The translations under genes and the position numbers were made by a program. From Podarcis gaigeae (Eukaryota), in the NCBI GenBank assembly GCA_964106915.2, contig OZ066915.1: 64,000 nt of DNA. One strand, written 5' to 3'. Positions 12,578-24,510 of the stretch are shown here, piece by piece (the first letter of the stretch is position 1; each line of letters begins with the position of its first letter). The notes under the pieces are model-generated. The model ran no database searches, was not told the origin of the DNA, and saw only the letters and a list, made by a program, of their open reading frames with translations.

Positions 12578-12721
12578 GGGAGCATCTTAGAACATGAGCT
12601 TCTTAATCTCAGGGTCGTGGGTTCAAGCCCGACCTTGGGGCAAAAGAGTCCTGCATTGCAGGGGGTTGGACTAGATGACCCTCGTGGTCCCTTCCAATTC
12701 TACAAATATATGATTCTGTGA
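12578..12721 (+). mobile_element. Second tRNA-Lys/CR1-tail SINE copy
   Basis: Colinear with 10951-11092: CTTAATCTCAGGGTCGTGGGTTCAAGCCC ... GGGGGTTGGACTAGATGACCCT ... ATGATTCTGTGA. Confidence 0.85.
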
Positions 12722-12778
12722 AATCTGTATGCCTTATTGGCCCTCTAGTGGGAAGGGCCTGCCTATTTTGGAAGTATA

Positions 12779-13011
12779 CAGTGGTACCTCGGGTTACATA
12801 CGCTTCAGGTTACAGACACTTCAGGCTACAGACTCCACTAACCCAGAAATAGTACCTCAGGTTTGCTTCAGGATGAGAATAGAAATCGTGCTCCGGCGGC
12901 GCGGTGGCAGCAGGAGGCCCCATTAGCTAAAGTGGTGCTTCAGGTTAAGAACAGTTTCAGGTTAAGAACAGACCTCCGGAACGAATTAAGTACTTAACCC
13001 GAGGTACCATG
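12779..13011. mobile_element. Tigger/pogo-like MITE
   Basis: TIRs CAGTGGTACCTCGGGTTA / TAACCCGAGGTACCATG, TA on both flanks. Confidence 0.88.
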
Positions 13012-15367
13012 TATTGTAGTTCGAGGGATTGGTACAGGTAGATCTCATCACATGCAGGGGTTACATTCTGAGCTACTGCACATAGAGGCAAAATTGTGTG
13101 AAGCCAGAACTGCCCCATGTGACCATCCGTACCTATCTGAAGCTGGTGTTGAGTGGGCCTTCTCAAGGGAAAGCTCTTTTTAAACCCCTCACCTTGCTTA
13201 TCAGGCTTTGGGAAGGTTGAGTTAGGGCTCCCATTAGATTTTGGATCTGTCCCCTCCCCCCTTAATTTTCAGCAATCCACATAAAGCTGCAATCACATAT
13301 AAGAAATCAGCACAAAATGTGATCTAGTGATCTGTCTGTACTGAATAAGAAGCAGGTTCCATGCAGAAGTGCTTCTCACAGGGACAATCAGTGCAGTGAT
13401 GTTTGCAAGTGTGTCTACCCAAACAGGTTTGTCAGAGGGTTGCCTCCAGAACGTCAGTTTATTGTGGAGGGATTCAAGCTCACACCAAGAAATTTAGGTT
13501 TGCTCAGTTAAAGTGCATTAAAGTGCTCCGCTGCCTTAGCACAATAAATTCTTTGAAAAAGAAACAAAACAGACTTCTTGCGGTTAGGAATGTGACAAGA
13601 AAACGCATTGAAAAGTGTCTAATGAGAAGACGTCTGAACACCCAGTAAGCAAATCAAGATGAATGCAGGATGAATTGCTGCACAACTCTCCCGCAAACAG
13701 ACGGGGACAAATGCTCGATAAGCAACCTCTGCATAAGCTTTTTGCAAGTAAATCAGGATGAATGCTCAATAAATAGGTTGTCTGGAGGAGCCCAACTTCT
13801 GTGGGTTATTACTACTGCTGTCTCTCCCAAACAAAGGGGTTCTATTGCCAGGGGTATGTCAGCCTCATCCTTGCCTACTTTTCCAGCAAAAAAGCTGTCA
13901 CTTTTCGGAGCTTTTTGAAATTTTATTTTGTCCAGGGACTGTAGCCTTTTATATGCCAGGTCAGGCTAATTTTTTTTGCAGCTGTTGCTAGTCTCCTCGA
14001 AGCACAGTCTGGTGCAGCCTCCAGCAAGGATGCCAGGCACACTGTTGGGATTCCTGTTCTGCATTGAGATGTTGTCGCATAATCCTAGTAGAGCCAAGGA
14101 GTTGCCTGGGGTAATTTTTTTCTATTAGTGCCACTCCCTGTAGGGAATTCTAGACACTTGACGCTTGCCAGAGGATTTCCCTGTGCAGCTTGACTGAGCC
14201 AAGACACCAAGTGAGGGGCTGGTTCCCTGCCTTGTCTTTCGAGCGTTTTATCTGACGGGTCTATATATAAAACAGGACACTTTAGCTCGTGCACATTAGT
14301 TGTCCTTTTTAATCTGCAAAGTGCTTACGTATTTAGGATACCATAACTTCGATTGCTACTTCTGTTTAGCATTTGCTCATTGCAGCAGCATTCCAAGCAT
14401 TGCACAAAACGTTACAGAGTTTTGGTCCTGCTCAGATGGCTTACAAGCTTAAGGGCCACGCTTGATGCGATGGTAAATGCCTGGCAGCCGCCTGAAACAA
14501 CACAAGTGACACCTACTAGACTAGAGCTTCCTTCATGTGGCGACACCCCAACAGTCTGCGTTTTCAGAATCCCCATCTCCACATCGTTGGTTGCTTGTGG
14601 CAGCAGCAGCTGGCGTGTGGAACCGTGTGACCTCAGTTCAGTCAACTAAATTTTGTGGAGTGGAAGGAGAGGGCCGGGCATGTCATTGCTGTGTTTGGTA
14701 GATTGCTGGGTCCCCCTGGGTGGGGAGCTCCATGATCTAGGCTGTGCTGCGGAGATGGCCTGGCCCCCTTTCCTCGCTCTCTGTACTATAAGAGGCAGCA
14801 GGATACCACCCTGCCTGATGACTATAGTGTGCAGCAATGCTCATGCAAGAAGAGTTTTTTCCTGATATCCTGGTCGCATACCATTTGGGACCTGATAGGT
14901 GATAAATAGCACTTAGAATTGCACCTGGAAGCAAATGAGGAACCAATTGGTATTGTGGGTAAATGACTGGATTCCCATCAGCAAAATAGCTGCTGTGTTG
15001 TGTAGCAATTGAAGCTCCCGATAACTAACTTTTCAAAGGCTGTATCGTGTAGATGCCAATATGTCAGTGGGCGAGGATGAAGAGCTTGTGTACACAAAAC
15101 CCCTGCTTGGGTGGCCATTGTGTGGATCCACTTGCAGAAGCTGGAGCTTGCCATCAAATCTCTTGGTGTGTGCTCAAGTTGTGTGAGTCTTACCAGTTCT
15201 GCTGACGGTGAATGGGAGTGGTTCTGCAGGAGGAAGGTAATGTGACAGCAGGAGTTGTGCGGTTACGAGCATCTGCCCTCAGTGGTGCCAACAAATTCCT
15301 TGAAGGTATTCCTTGCTACTTTGGAAACCTGACAGGCTCACTTGTGTTTTGCAGTACAGCGTCACAC

Positions 15368-15553
15368 AGTGTGGTGTGGTGACTAGAATTGTGGGTGTGG
15401 AACACCAGGTTAAATTGCTACTTGGTTATGAAAGTCTTCAGAGAGCTCTGGGCAAGTTACAGACTCTCATTCTAACCTATCTCATGGAGTTGTTGAGAGG
15501 CTAAATGCTACCCTGAGTAGGGTGAGATGCAGTGTAATAAATAAAATTAACAA
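15368..15553 (+). mobile_element. CORE/MIR-derived squamate SINE (Squam3-like), degenerate
   Basis: A-box-like GTGTGGTGTGGTGACTAGA, core CTGGGCAAGTTACA..CTAACCTATCTCATGGAGTTGTTGAGAGG, AATAAATAAA tail. Confidence 0.6.
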
Positions 15554-16251
15554 CTAAACGGCATGGTGGGTGGTATTGAATGTGGGACATTTCCTTTGTT
15601 CTCTGTAACTGCCTGGAGTTTGGATCTGATGTTCTTGAAGGCGTAGTTTTAATAGTTTCTGAGACACGGTAAGGACGCAAGGAAGGAAGGAGCTTTGCTA
15701 TTAGAGCTCTTGCAGCAGACATCTGTCACTGCAGACAGGAGAGGGATGTGACTCTCTTCTGGCTGTTTCGGGGTGACGAACGAGTCTGATCATCCCTGTC
15801 GCGGGTGTCTATAAATCTTTGGCTGTTGGTAAATGAGCTCCACCTCTCGTAGAGGCAATCCTTCCCTGTAGCAATTTGGGTAAATAAAAGAGCAGGAGTG
15901 ATGCAGGACGGAGAGTAGCAAATGGATTTCAACAGGATATCGCTTTGCAAGGCTGAGGCGGAAAGTGCAGCTTTATCACCAAATCCTTCTTGTGTAGTAT
16001 CATCTAACCAATTCTTTGCTTGAAGCTTCTGTCCCTAGAAGAGACATCCTGCTTGCAGGTTTTTTTTTTGTGTGTGTGTGTTTTGTTAGTAAGAAGCATA
16101 CCTTTTATGCGAATGGGGTGGTGGTGGGGAGAAACTAGCTGTTGCTGAATACCCAACACCTATGATCACTGCTTGGGAAATGATTCCCAGCATATCTGGC
16201 TCAGCAGGCAAGTGGCTGATGGTTTAACATGAATTTAAGTATTTAGAGTAT

Positions 16252-16388
16252 AGAAGTGGCTTAGTCATGCTGGCCACATGACCCGGAAGCTGTACGCCGG
16301 CTCCCTCGGCCAGTAAAGCGAGATGAGCGCCGCAACCCCAGAGTCGTCCGTGACTGGACCTAACGGTCAGGGGTCCCTTTACCATTTT
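16252..16388 (+). mobile_element. 5'-truncated Sauria SINE
   Basis: GTCATGCTGGCCACATGACCCGGAAG...GAGATGAGCGCCGCAACCCCAGAGTC...GGGGTCCCTTTACC matches the 3' part of the other copies. Confidence 0.88.
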
Positions 16389-19300
16389 AAGGGACACAAG
16401 GAGTAAGCTTCAAGAAGGATTTTTTGTGATCCTCTATCTTTCTGACTTAGGGGAAAACTCTGTCCTTTCTTATTGCAATTGATAATTGCCTTCTCTATTT
16501 CCTTCCATCGAGTGTCTGTCTCACAGCTCTGTGCTCTCTCTGTGTATTTTTGTAGGGGAGTGGGGGTAAGAATGCATCTATTTTTTATCTGTACATTTAT
16601 ATCATACTAGTTCCTTTTCGTTCGAGACACTGCCTGCTCAGCATAAAACCTCAACAAAATGTCTTAAAAAGGTCAATGATACAGAATACTACATAGATTC
16701 TTGCATCCAAATATCAGACATAAATGTATATTCCCTTGCGACTTTGGCTCTAGGCAATACAAGAGGTCCTATAGTGTTTCTGTGGATCCATAGAATTGCG
16801 TTTGTCCCTGTTTTGCAGCTCGGAGGGTGGGGAAAACACAGGTGGGTAGTGAATCATTTAGACTTGCTTGGCAAATCAGTGTCAGAACTGGAAGTCGGAT
16901 CCCATAATTCTAACTTTCTCTGCTTACTCGAACAGCCGCCCTACCTCTTTGCAAATTGTCACCATTTATTTCTCTCCTCATTTGTGATGGTCTCTCTTTG
17001 TTTTCTCTCCCTGTCTTTATAAAAAGTAAAATCTCATTAATGGCCAACCACTCAGCACATTAAAGTCCAATTAGGTAAATGGTGAAATGCAATGAACACT
17101 TCCACTTCTGTGTGTGAGTTTGCTGGTAGTGGGGAGAAAAAGAACTTGAAGGGTGAATGAGCAGCTTCCCCCTCCACCTCTCTACAGAAGCAAGGCTCCC
17201 CCCACCCAGAGGGGGAAAAATGAAATTTGTTTCTCTTCTGGTGTAGGGCTGAGTGTGAAGATATTAGTAGAGTGTTCTCTCAGTATGTGGAAATTTTCCT
17301 AGTGAAAGGAATTGGTTGCTGCTTTGATCAGCTGTGGGTTCTTTCAGGCTCTTTCTATTTTGGGTGAGATTTGAGTCACATACTAGTAAATTCGGGTCCC
17401 GCATTTAAAGTTGATTTGGAGCTCTTGCATAACAAACTCACTTCCCCTAGCAAACTGAACTCTTTGCGATAAGGAGAGTGACAGGGAAAATGCTCTGGAA
17501 AGCATGGGATAGCATTTGCTTGATGCAACTTCATTTAACCCTGCAAACTTTGTGCAAACAAATCAGAATGAATGCTCAATAAACAGGTCATAAGGAAGTG
17601 AGCTCTGTCTTCTTTTTCAGCTACCTACAGCAAAGCAATGTGAGCCAAAATTCCTTACCTTTAAGTTTGTATGCTAAGTCTGTGTATGGCAAATTATTAA
17701 TCCTGGATGGCCCATTCAGTACTTAGCTAAGGCTATTGCCATTAATGTTTCCACAAGGGAAGTTGAAAGGCTGGTGTTTATACTAGGCTAGGTGGTCATA
17801 CTGGGGGTCCAACAGATTCTCCATGCCTTGAGTTCACAAAGATTGCATGGATTTCTGATTTTGCTAACCTGTCATAATCTGGATCTAAACATAGAAGCAG
17901 AGGTCTTGATTTCAGTGTTAAAACCAGAAGACCAGAGGTTTGGGCTTTGAATATAATATCCGGCAGATTTGCTCAGACATTGCAAAAGGTGGATTACCCT
18001 GGCCTCTGTGCCAGCCACTGTTGTCTTAGATGCTCATCACAATAGTCCCCACTGCTTGCTCAAGTTCTCTGCAGCTTTCAGGAACTTGAAGCTGGGGTGA
18101 CTGACTTTTTTTGCTGAGTGTGACAGATCTCTCCCTTCTGCCTTCTGATTCATACAGAACTGGGTGCAGGGGTGGTGGGTGAAAGGTTCAAACCTCATAT
18201 TGCGCCAGGCTCTGGTGAAGGAGAGAAGTGATGTTGGTCCCTCTTACTGTTTTCCCCTCTCCAATGCCTGGCGTGAAGAAACTATGGGATGTCTTAATCT
18301 TGCTCATCTCCAAGGGCCTGTGTTTGGGCTAGACAGACCAAGATCTGTTGCCTTATGAGCTAAATTGAGTTTCAGTGGCACAGGCTAAAGAAGCCAGAGA
18401 TTAAACTTTACAGTATGGGCTCTTGTGTAGCCAAGATTCTCTACTTCCATGTATGTTGCCCTTCATGTTAACTGTGTGCAGCTATGTCTTTTGGGGGCAT
18501 TTGACACGTCTAACCAAACTGGAAGAAAGAACAAGTTTCTTCTTTCCCTTTGTGCAATTGAAGAAAAATAACTCTAGTGAACTTAAGTGTTCAGGGTGGA
18601 AGCTCAAGTGATGTGCAACCCTCCCATGCCCCGCCTTCTGCATGAAGACTGCTTCTGACCTTTAGGAGTGTGTTGGAAATCTAGGATCAGCCTCAAGGCT
18701 GTCCAGTGCTAGGAGAATGAGGAAGGTCAGAATACTCCCCTGCCTGGGCAAAGAGAAAACCCTGAAGATAAAAAGGCAGCCTTCTGTAGCTTGTCAGTTA
18801 TGGATGTGTAGGCAGGACGTTGCCAGCCTCCTGGTGGAGCTAAATACTTGGTCAAGCTGGAGGGGTAACAGTATGGTCCCACGAGAAGCAAAATATCTTA
18901 CTGAAATCTATTTTAGTGGGATCTTTTGTGCTGTTGGGATGTGTAGGCGGTGCTTTTTAAAAGTATTTTCTTCAAGGGTGGAGAGCCGTCTTTAAAAGTC
19001 ACAAATACGGAATTACTTGGAATAGCGAGCTCTAGTCGTGCACTGAATCCTGCTTGTGTTGAAGATGTGGGTAGAATAAAGGTCTTTGGGCCAAAGTCTT
19101 AGCAACAGTGCATGAAGGTGTAAGGGGAGTTTAGGGTGGAGGCTGAAAAAGGCTACAACATCCCTGGGGAGTTGTGGAAGGATAGGGAGCTTGCTCACTG
19201 GCTTTGCAGATCTGGTAGTGGTGGTGCCCCCCCCCCCCCCCGGAGTGCAACATGATGTAGACACATTTGTTCATAATGCACTGTGAGTGCAGGTTAGCCA

Positions 19301-19608
19301 GCACATACCAAAGAAATCTCAGGACACTCAGGAAGGATGCTGTCCCTCAAGCTCCCTATAAAACCTCTAATGCTCCTCTGTGGAAAGTTCTACACCCACA
19401 TACAGTGTCTGAGGTTGCAATCTTGGACACATGAGGCACTGCTGATGCAGTGGAAATTATTTCTATGTAGTCATGCATTTGATTGCACGCCACAACACAT
19501 AACTCCTTTTTCTTTTAAAAAAGGAAGTCAGATTCTTTGTTAAGAGCAGATAGGATTTCATCATTTATTTTGTCATACTAATGTGTATGGAGAGGTGTTC
19601 CATTATTC

Positions 19609-19650
<42 letters not shown>
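19609..19650. repeat. (AAT)14 microsatellite, tail of the L2 at 19914-20138
   Basis: Direct reading; separated from the L2 body by the MITE at 19652. Confidence 0.9.
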
Positions 19651-19651
<1 letters not shown>

Positions 19652-19911
19652 TAGTCATACCTCGGGTTGAATGTGCTTCAGGTTGGGCGCTTTCAGGTTG
19701 CGCTCTGTGGAAACCCGGAAGTAACGGAGCGCGTTACTTCTGGGTTTCGCCGCTCGCGCATGCGCAGATGCTCAAAATGACGTCACATGCATGCGCAGAA
19801 GCGGCAAAACGTGACCCACGCAGGCGCAGACGTGCCCTCGCGTCTTATGTTCTGTTCAGGATGCGAACGGGGCTCCAGAACGGATCCCGTTCGCATCCCA
19901 AGGTACCACTA
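19652..19911. mobile_element. CpG-rich Tigger/pogo-like MITE
   Basis: Imperfect TIRs TAGTCATACCTCGGG / CCCAAGGTACCACTA with TA flanks; same layout as the 12779 element; subterminal hairpin GGATGCGAACGGG...CCCGTTCGCATCC. Confidence 0.82.
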
Positions 19912-19913
19912 TA

Positions 19914-20138
19914 TTATTATTTATACCCTGCCCACCTGGCTGAGTTTCCCCAGCCACTCTGGGCGTTTCCCAATCGAGTGTTAAAAACAATACAGTATTA
20001 AATATTAAAAACTTCCCTAAACAGGGCTGCCTTCAGATGTCTTTTAAAAATAGGATAGCTGCTTATTTCCTTGACATCTGATGGGAGGGCATTCCACAGG
20101 GCGGGCATCACTGCCGAGAAGGCCCTCTGTCTGGTTCT
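19914..20138 (-). mobile_element. L2 LINE 3' fragment (ORF2 C-terminus and 3' UTR)
   Basis: The minus strand encodes RAFSAVMPALWNALP...FKRHLKAALF, the typical L2 ORF2 C-terminal motif. Confidence 0.88.
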
Positions 20139-20861
20139 GGTTAATAAAGAGATCAGTTCTTTTGCGTTTCTCCATTTCAGTACTATGAACTTAGAAAAAC
20201 AAATATAGAGGTATATCACTGTATCAGAGATAGTCTTTTTGCCAAATCTCAATTGGTGCAATGAAAGACCTGTCTTCAAGAAAACACTGTAATACAGGGA
20301 TCTTGTTTTAGATAGTACAGATACCCAGAAAGACAAGACATCTGGGCAAGGTTGAAAAGTGCTAAAATAGGGGTTATAAAGGATCTAATCCCAGTCATTT
20401 TAGTTATTTTTTAAAGCCATTTTCAGATCTTCAAAGTTCTCTCTCTCTCTCATCTGTCTCTCTTGGAGCTTTTGCCAAAAGGTATAACACTATTATTCCC
20501 TTTATACTGTGAGTTCAAGCTTAAGGCTTCTAAGGCTCATGGCCCCATAAAAACACAGAAAATGTGGAAAGCCTATATTGTCTTTTTTCTGATAACAATC
20601 TTAGCTCTCCTAAGATGTCAAAACAATTCAGCAATTATTTTCTGTAGTGAATGCACAAAATGGTCATGGGAACTTCAATGGGAAGAATGTAGAATGATTA
20701 GCAAATTCTGTGCAATGCTTCTTCCAAGACAGCTGAACATTTCAGAGATCTGAACCACCTTCATTCCTGAGATGTTTGTAACTGTGGGGATCTATTGTGC
20801 TGTTATGTTCTGAGTGGCTCAACTGTTTGTCTAACCTTGCTTGCTTTGTGTTTCCTTCTAG

Positions 20862-21034
20862 GACTGAGCAGGATGCCGGCACCCACAATGTCCTGAATGT
20901 GGAGACTGGTGGAAGAAGAGGAGACATTAGTCCACAGACAGCTCCTTTCCCTTCTCCACTGCCTTCTGTTTTGCTTCATTTTTTTCCAGTGGATAGGTTA
21001 ATGCACAACCATTGCTGGATGTGATTCTTTCGCC
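20862..21034 (+). other. PLXNA1: Probable 5' UTR portion of the first coding exon, with two candidate acceptors (exon start 20862 or 20990)
   Basis: CTAAC branch point 20831-20835, pyrimidine tract and TAG ending 20861. A second tract TTCATTTTTTTCCAG ends at 20989. Confidence 0.6.
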
Positions 21035-22213
21035 ATGTGGCTCCTGAGACTAAAGCACCATTTGTCGGTCAATATCTGGACCTTGCTGCTTCTGGGGAGT
21101 GCTTGGCTGCCATTGGAAGAAGGCACTCCCAAGTCCAACTCTCCCTTTAGGACTTTCCAGGTCACCGACTGGAGTTTGACACACTTGGTGGTCCACAACA
21201 AAACTGGGGAGGTGTATGTGGGTGCTGTCAACCGGATCTTTAAGCTTGCAGACGATCTGACACTGATGCGTACTCATGTCACGGGGCCCGTGGATGACAA
21301 TGAGAAGTGCTACCCACCGCCTAGTGTGCAGTCTTGTCCACATGGGCTAGTCAGCACCAACAATGTCAACAAGTTGCTGCTGGTGGATTATTCTGGGAAT
21401 CGACTGATAGCCTGTGGCAGTGCTTCTCAGGGCATTTGCCAGTTTCTGCGCTTGGACGACCTTTTCAAGTTGGGTGAGCCCCATCATCGCAAGGAGCACT
21501 ACCTCTCCAGTGTCAATGAGTCAGGAACTATGTCAGGCGTCATAATTGAAGTCCCAAATGGGCAAAACAAGCTCTTCATTGGAACACCCATTGATGGCAA
21601 GTCTGAGTACTTCCCTACCCTGTCCAGCCGTAAACTGATGGCCAGTGAAGAGAATGCAGAGATGTTTGGCTTTGTTTATCAGGATGAGTTTGTCTCATCC
21701 CAGCTCAAGATTCCATCAGACACACTGTCCAAGTTCCCCACATTTGATATCTACTACATCTATAGCTTCAGCAGTGAGCAGTTTGTCTATTACCTGACCT
21801 TGCAACTAGACACCCAGCTTACCTCGCCTGACTCCACTGGGGAGCAGTTTTTCACCTCCAAGGTCGTTCGGCTGTGTGTAGATGATCCCAAGTTCTACTC
21901 ATATGTGGAATTCCCCATTGGTTGTATTCGTGATGGCATTGAATATCGCCTGATTCAGGACGCTTACCTAAGTAAGCCCGGAAAGGCACTGGCCAAGCAG
22001 TTGGGTATCTCAGAGCAGGAGGATATCCTCTTCACAATCTTCTCTCAGGGCCAGAAGAACAGGGTGAAGCCACCAAAGGAATCTGTCCTTTGCCTCTTCA
22101 CACTGAAGAAGATCAAAGACAAGATCAAGGAGCGCATCCAGTCTTGCTATCGTGGGGAGGGGAAGCTTTCTCTGCCCTGGCTTTTGAACAAGGAGTTGGG
22201 ATGCATAAACTCA
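21035..22213 (+). CDS. PLXNA1: Plexin-A1, first coding exon (signal peptide and N-terminal ~360 aa of the Sema domain; 393 codons)
   Basis: GCCATG start and hydrophobic leader. Peptide motifs [61 protein letters not shown] and [14 protein letters not shown] match PLXNA1 as I recall it, rather than A2/A3/A4. Donor TCA|GTAAGT at 22213/22214, phase 0. The 425-aa ORF in the track runs on into the intron. Confidence 0.97.
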
Positions 22214-24349
22214 GTAAGTCTTCCTCCTCATTCTTCTACTTTGTCATTTCTCCTTTTCCTTTCTGCTCTGATAAATCCAAAGCATCAGCTGAGATACCTG
22301 TGCTGTCTTTGAGTACGCAGCTGAAGATGTTGCTTAAAGATCTGGGATTTGTTTCAATTAGCATGTGACCATTCTATTCTCAGCTACAGTATTTTGGTGT
22401 TTGGAGTTTTAGGCTTTGGTTATGGGGTATGAGGATAATTATTGGGTGTTGAGAAGTTCCAGCCTCTGGAATGACTTCTCCCAATCTTCAGTTATCCAAA
22501 TAAAGTTTGTTATGCTGGAGGAATGGGGACTGCATTGATTTTGGAATGTGTTTTAGAGATTATTTGCACAGAAATTCTTGCCAAGACAGTTTTTCGGAAG
22601 GATTGAATTGAGAAGAAAGGCAATAAGTAGGAGCATGTGGACCACTAACCATCTAACAGACATGCTGATGTTCCATTTATTCTAACCTGCGTTTACTTTC
22701 CACTGTTACCATCATGACAAGTACTGGAATGAATTAGGGGGAAAGCAGGTGTCCATGTACAGGAGATATGTCCTGCTGGAAATACAGACCCAAGTAACTG
22801 TTAGATATACTGATGTGATAACAGTTACAGATGATTTGAAGTGCTATTCAAGGTGCAACATGGTGCCCTCTCAGCACCACATAATGATACGGCAGGAATA
22901 TTAGCCAGCCAGGATGATGTTCCGACTCTACCTGGGTGTCTTGTTTTCTGGTTTTATGCTCTGTCTGATTCCAAATCGGGATAATCAAAATCCTTACCTC
23001 TGTAGTTTAGGGAGAGTGTGAGAACAGGACAGCTGTACAGATAGCAGCTTCATACTGGCAGTGAGAGGACTCTCCAAATTCATAGGTGTATATGAAACAC
23101 AACTGGAGTGTCAGGTTTTGAGGCCAATTAGAAGTGAACTCTTGCCCTGGGGGATATGGGAGCGAGCCAGAGTTATGAGTCTGGATATGTTCTTTCTCAA
23201 CAGAGGGAAAGTTGCCTGCCTATCCTGAGGGAAGCATTTCCCATAGGCTGTTGCTATGGCAAACAGAGGAGCTTTATTGCCCTGTTCCATTGTGTTAAGT
23301 CTTTGGCAAGGCAGGGTAAGAAGCCTGCTTTGTTTTATGAGCCATAGCTGGGTTCCTTTTCAGACAATATCAGATATAACTGGGAGGCTATTTCAGCTAC
23401 TTGCAGTGAGGATAGGAGAGTAATGTGTAAAAGATCTTTCAAAATGGGAATGGAATGGGCAACTTTAAGATTTCTAGGACATATCACGAGTTGTAGAAAA
23501 TTGGTATAGTTACATCACTTAAAACTCTCAGCTGAACGCAAGGAGAGATATACATATATACATAGTGCTTGTGGCAGAATCTGAGCTTGGACATCAGATG
23601 CCGTAGGTCCACTCCCCAGACCCATATAGTCAAGTGTACTTTGGACTTTGGGCTGATTCTTAATGGATCCATTTAGCCTACTGACCCTTCTCCAAATTGT
23701 AATGGTCTGCTTAAATTAAATTTTGTAAATGAATTCAGCTAAAGACCTGGCCCACTCCAAATGCATTTCTAATGGCTTTACAAGAAGCACAATGTTGAGT
23801 GGATGTGTGTGTGTGTAGGTTTGGAGCCTCCCTAAACACTAGCTCCATGTGTCAATGGTAGTGGACCTCAGGATTTAAAATTTTATTTTAGAAACTTCTT
23901 TCTCTGTTCTCCAATCAGCAGGCTCTCATTGTAATTAAATCAAAACCATACAAAGCCATAAAACATAATACATCAGCAGGGCCGATAAACATATCAGATT
24001 TTAGATCTTATGTTCCTATAGGTGCATGTATGGTATTGGGAACTATAAACCATGGCATGTGTAATTCCTGTGGCTCATGTATTCCTAGATGCTGCTGCAC
24101 GTATTTAAAGGAATTACATTTCCCATGATTCCTGACAGCCACAGAATTCTGGTTGTGGGGATTACATTGGCAGCCAATGGATGGAGTGCTAGTACACTGG
24201 GCTCATAAGTGGGTATCTAGGGCAGAATTGGTATGGTATTGTAGGCAGTTGTGATTCTGGTAGCAGCTCTGATAGGAACAGCTGAGATCAGAGATGCTGT
24301 GCTTCCTTATGCCAATGAACCCATGTTCATGAGAAATACACTCCATTGT

Positions 24350-24510
24350 AAGGCTCAGTGTAGTACACATAGAACCTCGCCCCCTCTGGTCCTCAGAACA
24401 TAGTTGCGTGGCAGTGTAGCTGAGAGATAGCATGTGGTCCATGTTCAGCCAGTGAGTTTCATAGCTGAGTGAGGAATTTGAATACACATCTCCATGGCTC
24501 TATTCCACCT
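24350..24510 (-). mobile_element. CORE/Squam3-like SINE remnant
   Basis: CCAGTGAGTTTCATAGCTGAGTGAGGAATTTGAA resembles the head of the 53902 copy. Boundaries approximate. Confidence 0.5.

Noticed and set aside
12248-12721. 157-aa ORF
   Set aside because: Non-ATG start, no recognisable homology, and the C-terminal part is a translated SINE.
1-20861. Main PLXNA1 promoter / CpG island
   Set aside because: No extended CpG island; CpG-rich patches are short and mostly inside transposons. The main promoter probably lies upstream of the window.
21035-22312. 425-aa ORF as a complete single-exon gene
   Set aside because: Plexin similarity stops at the GTAAGT donor (22214) and resumes in frame at 40443.
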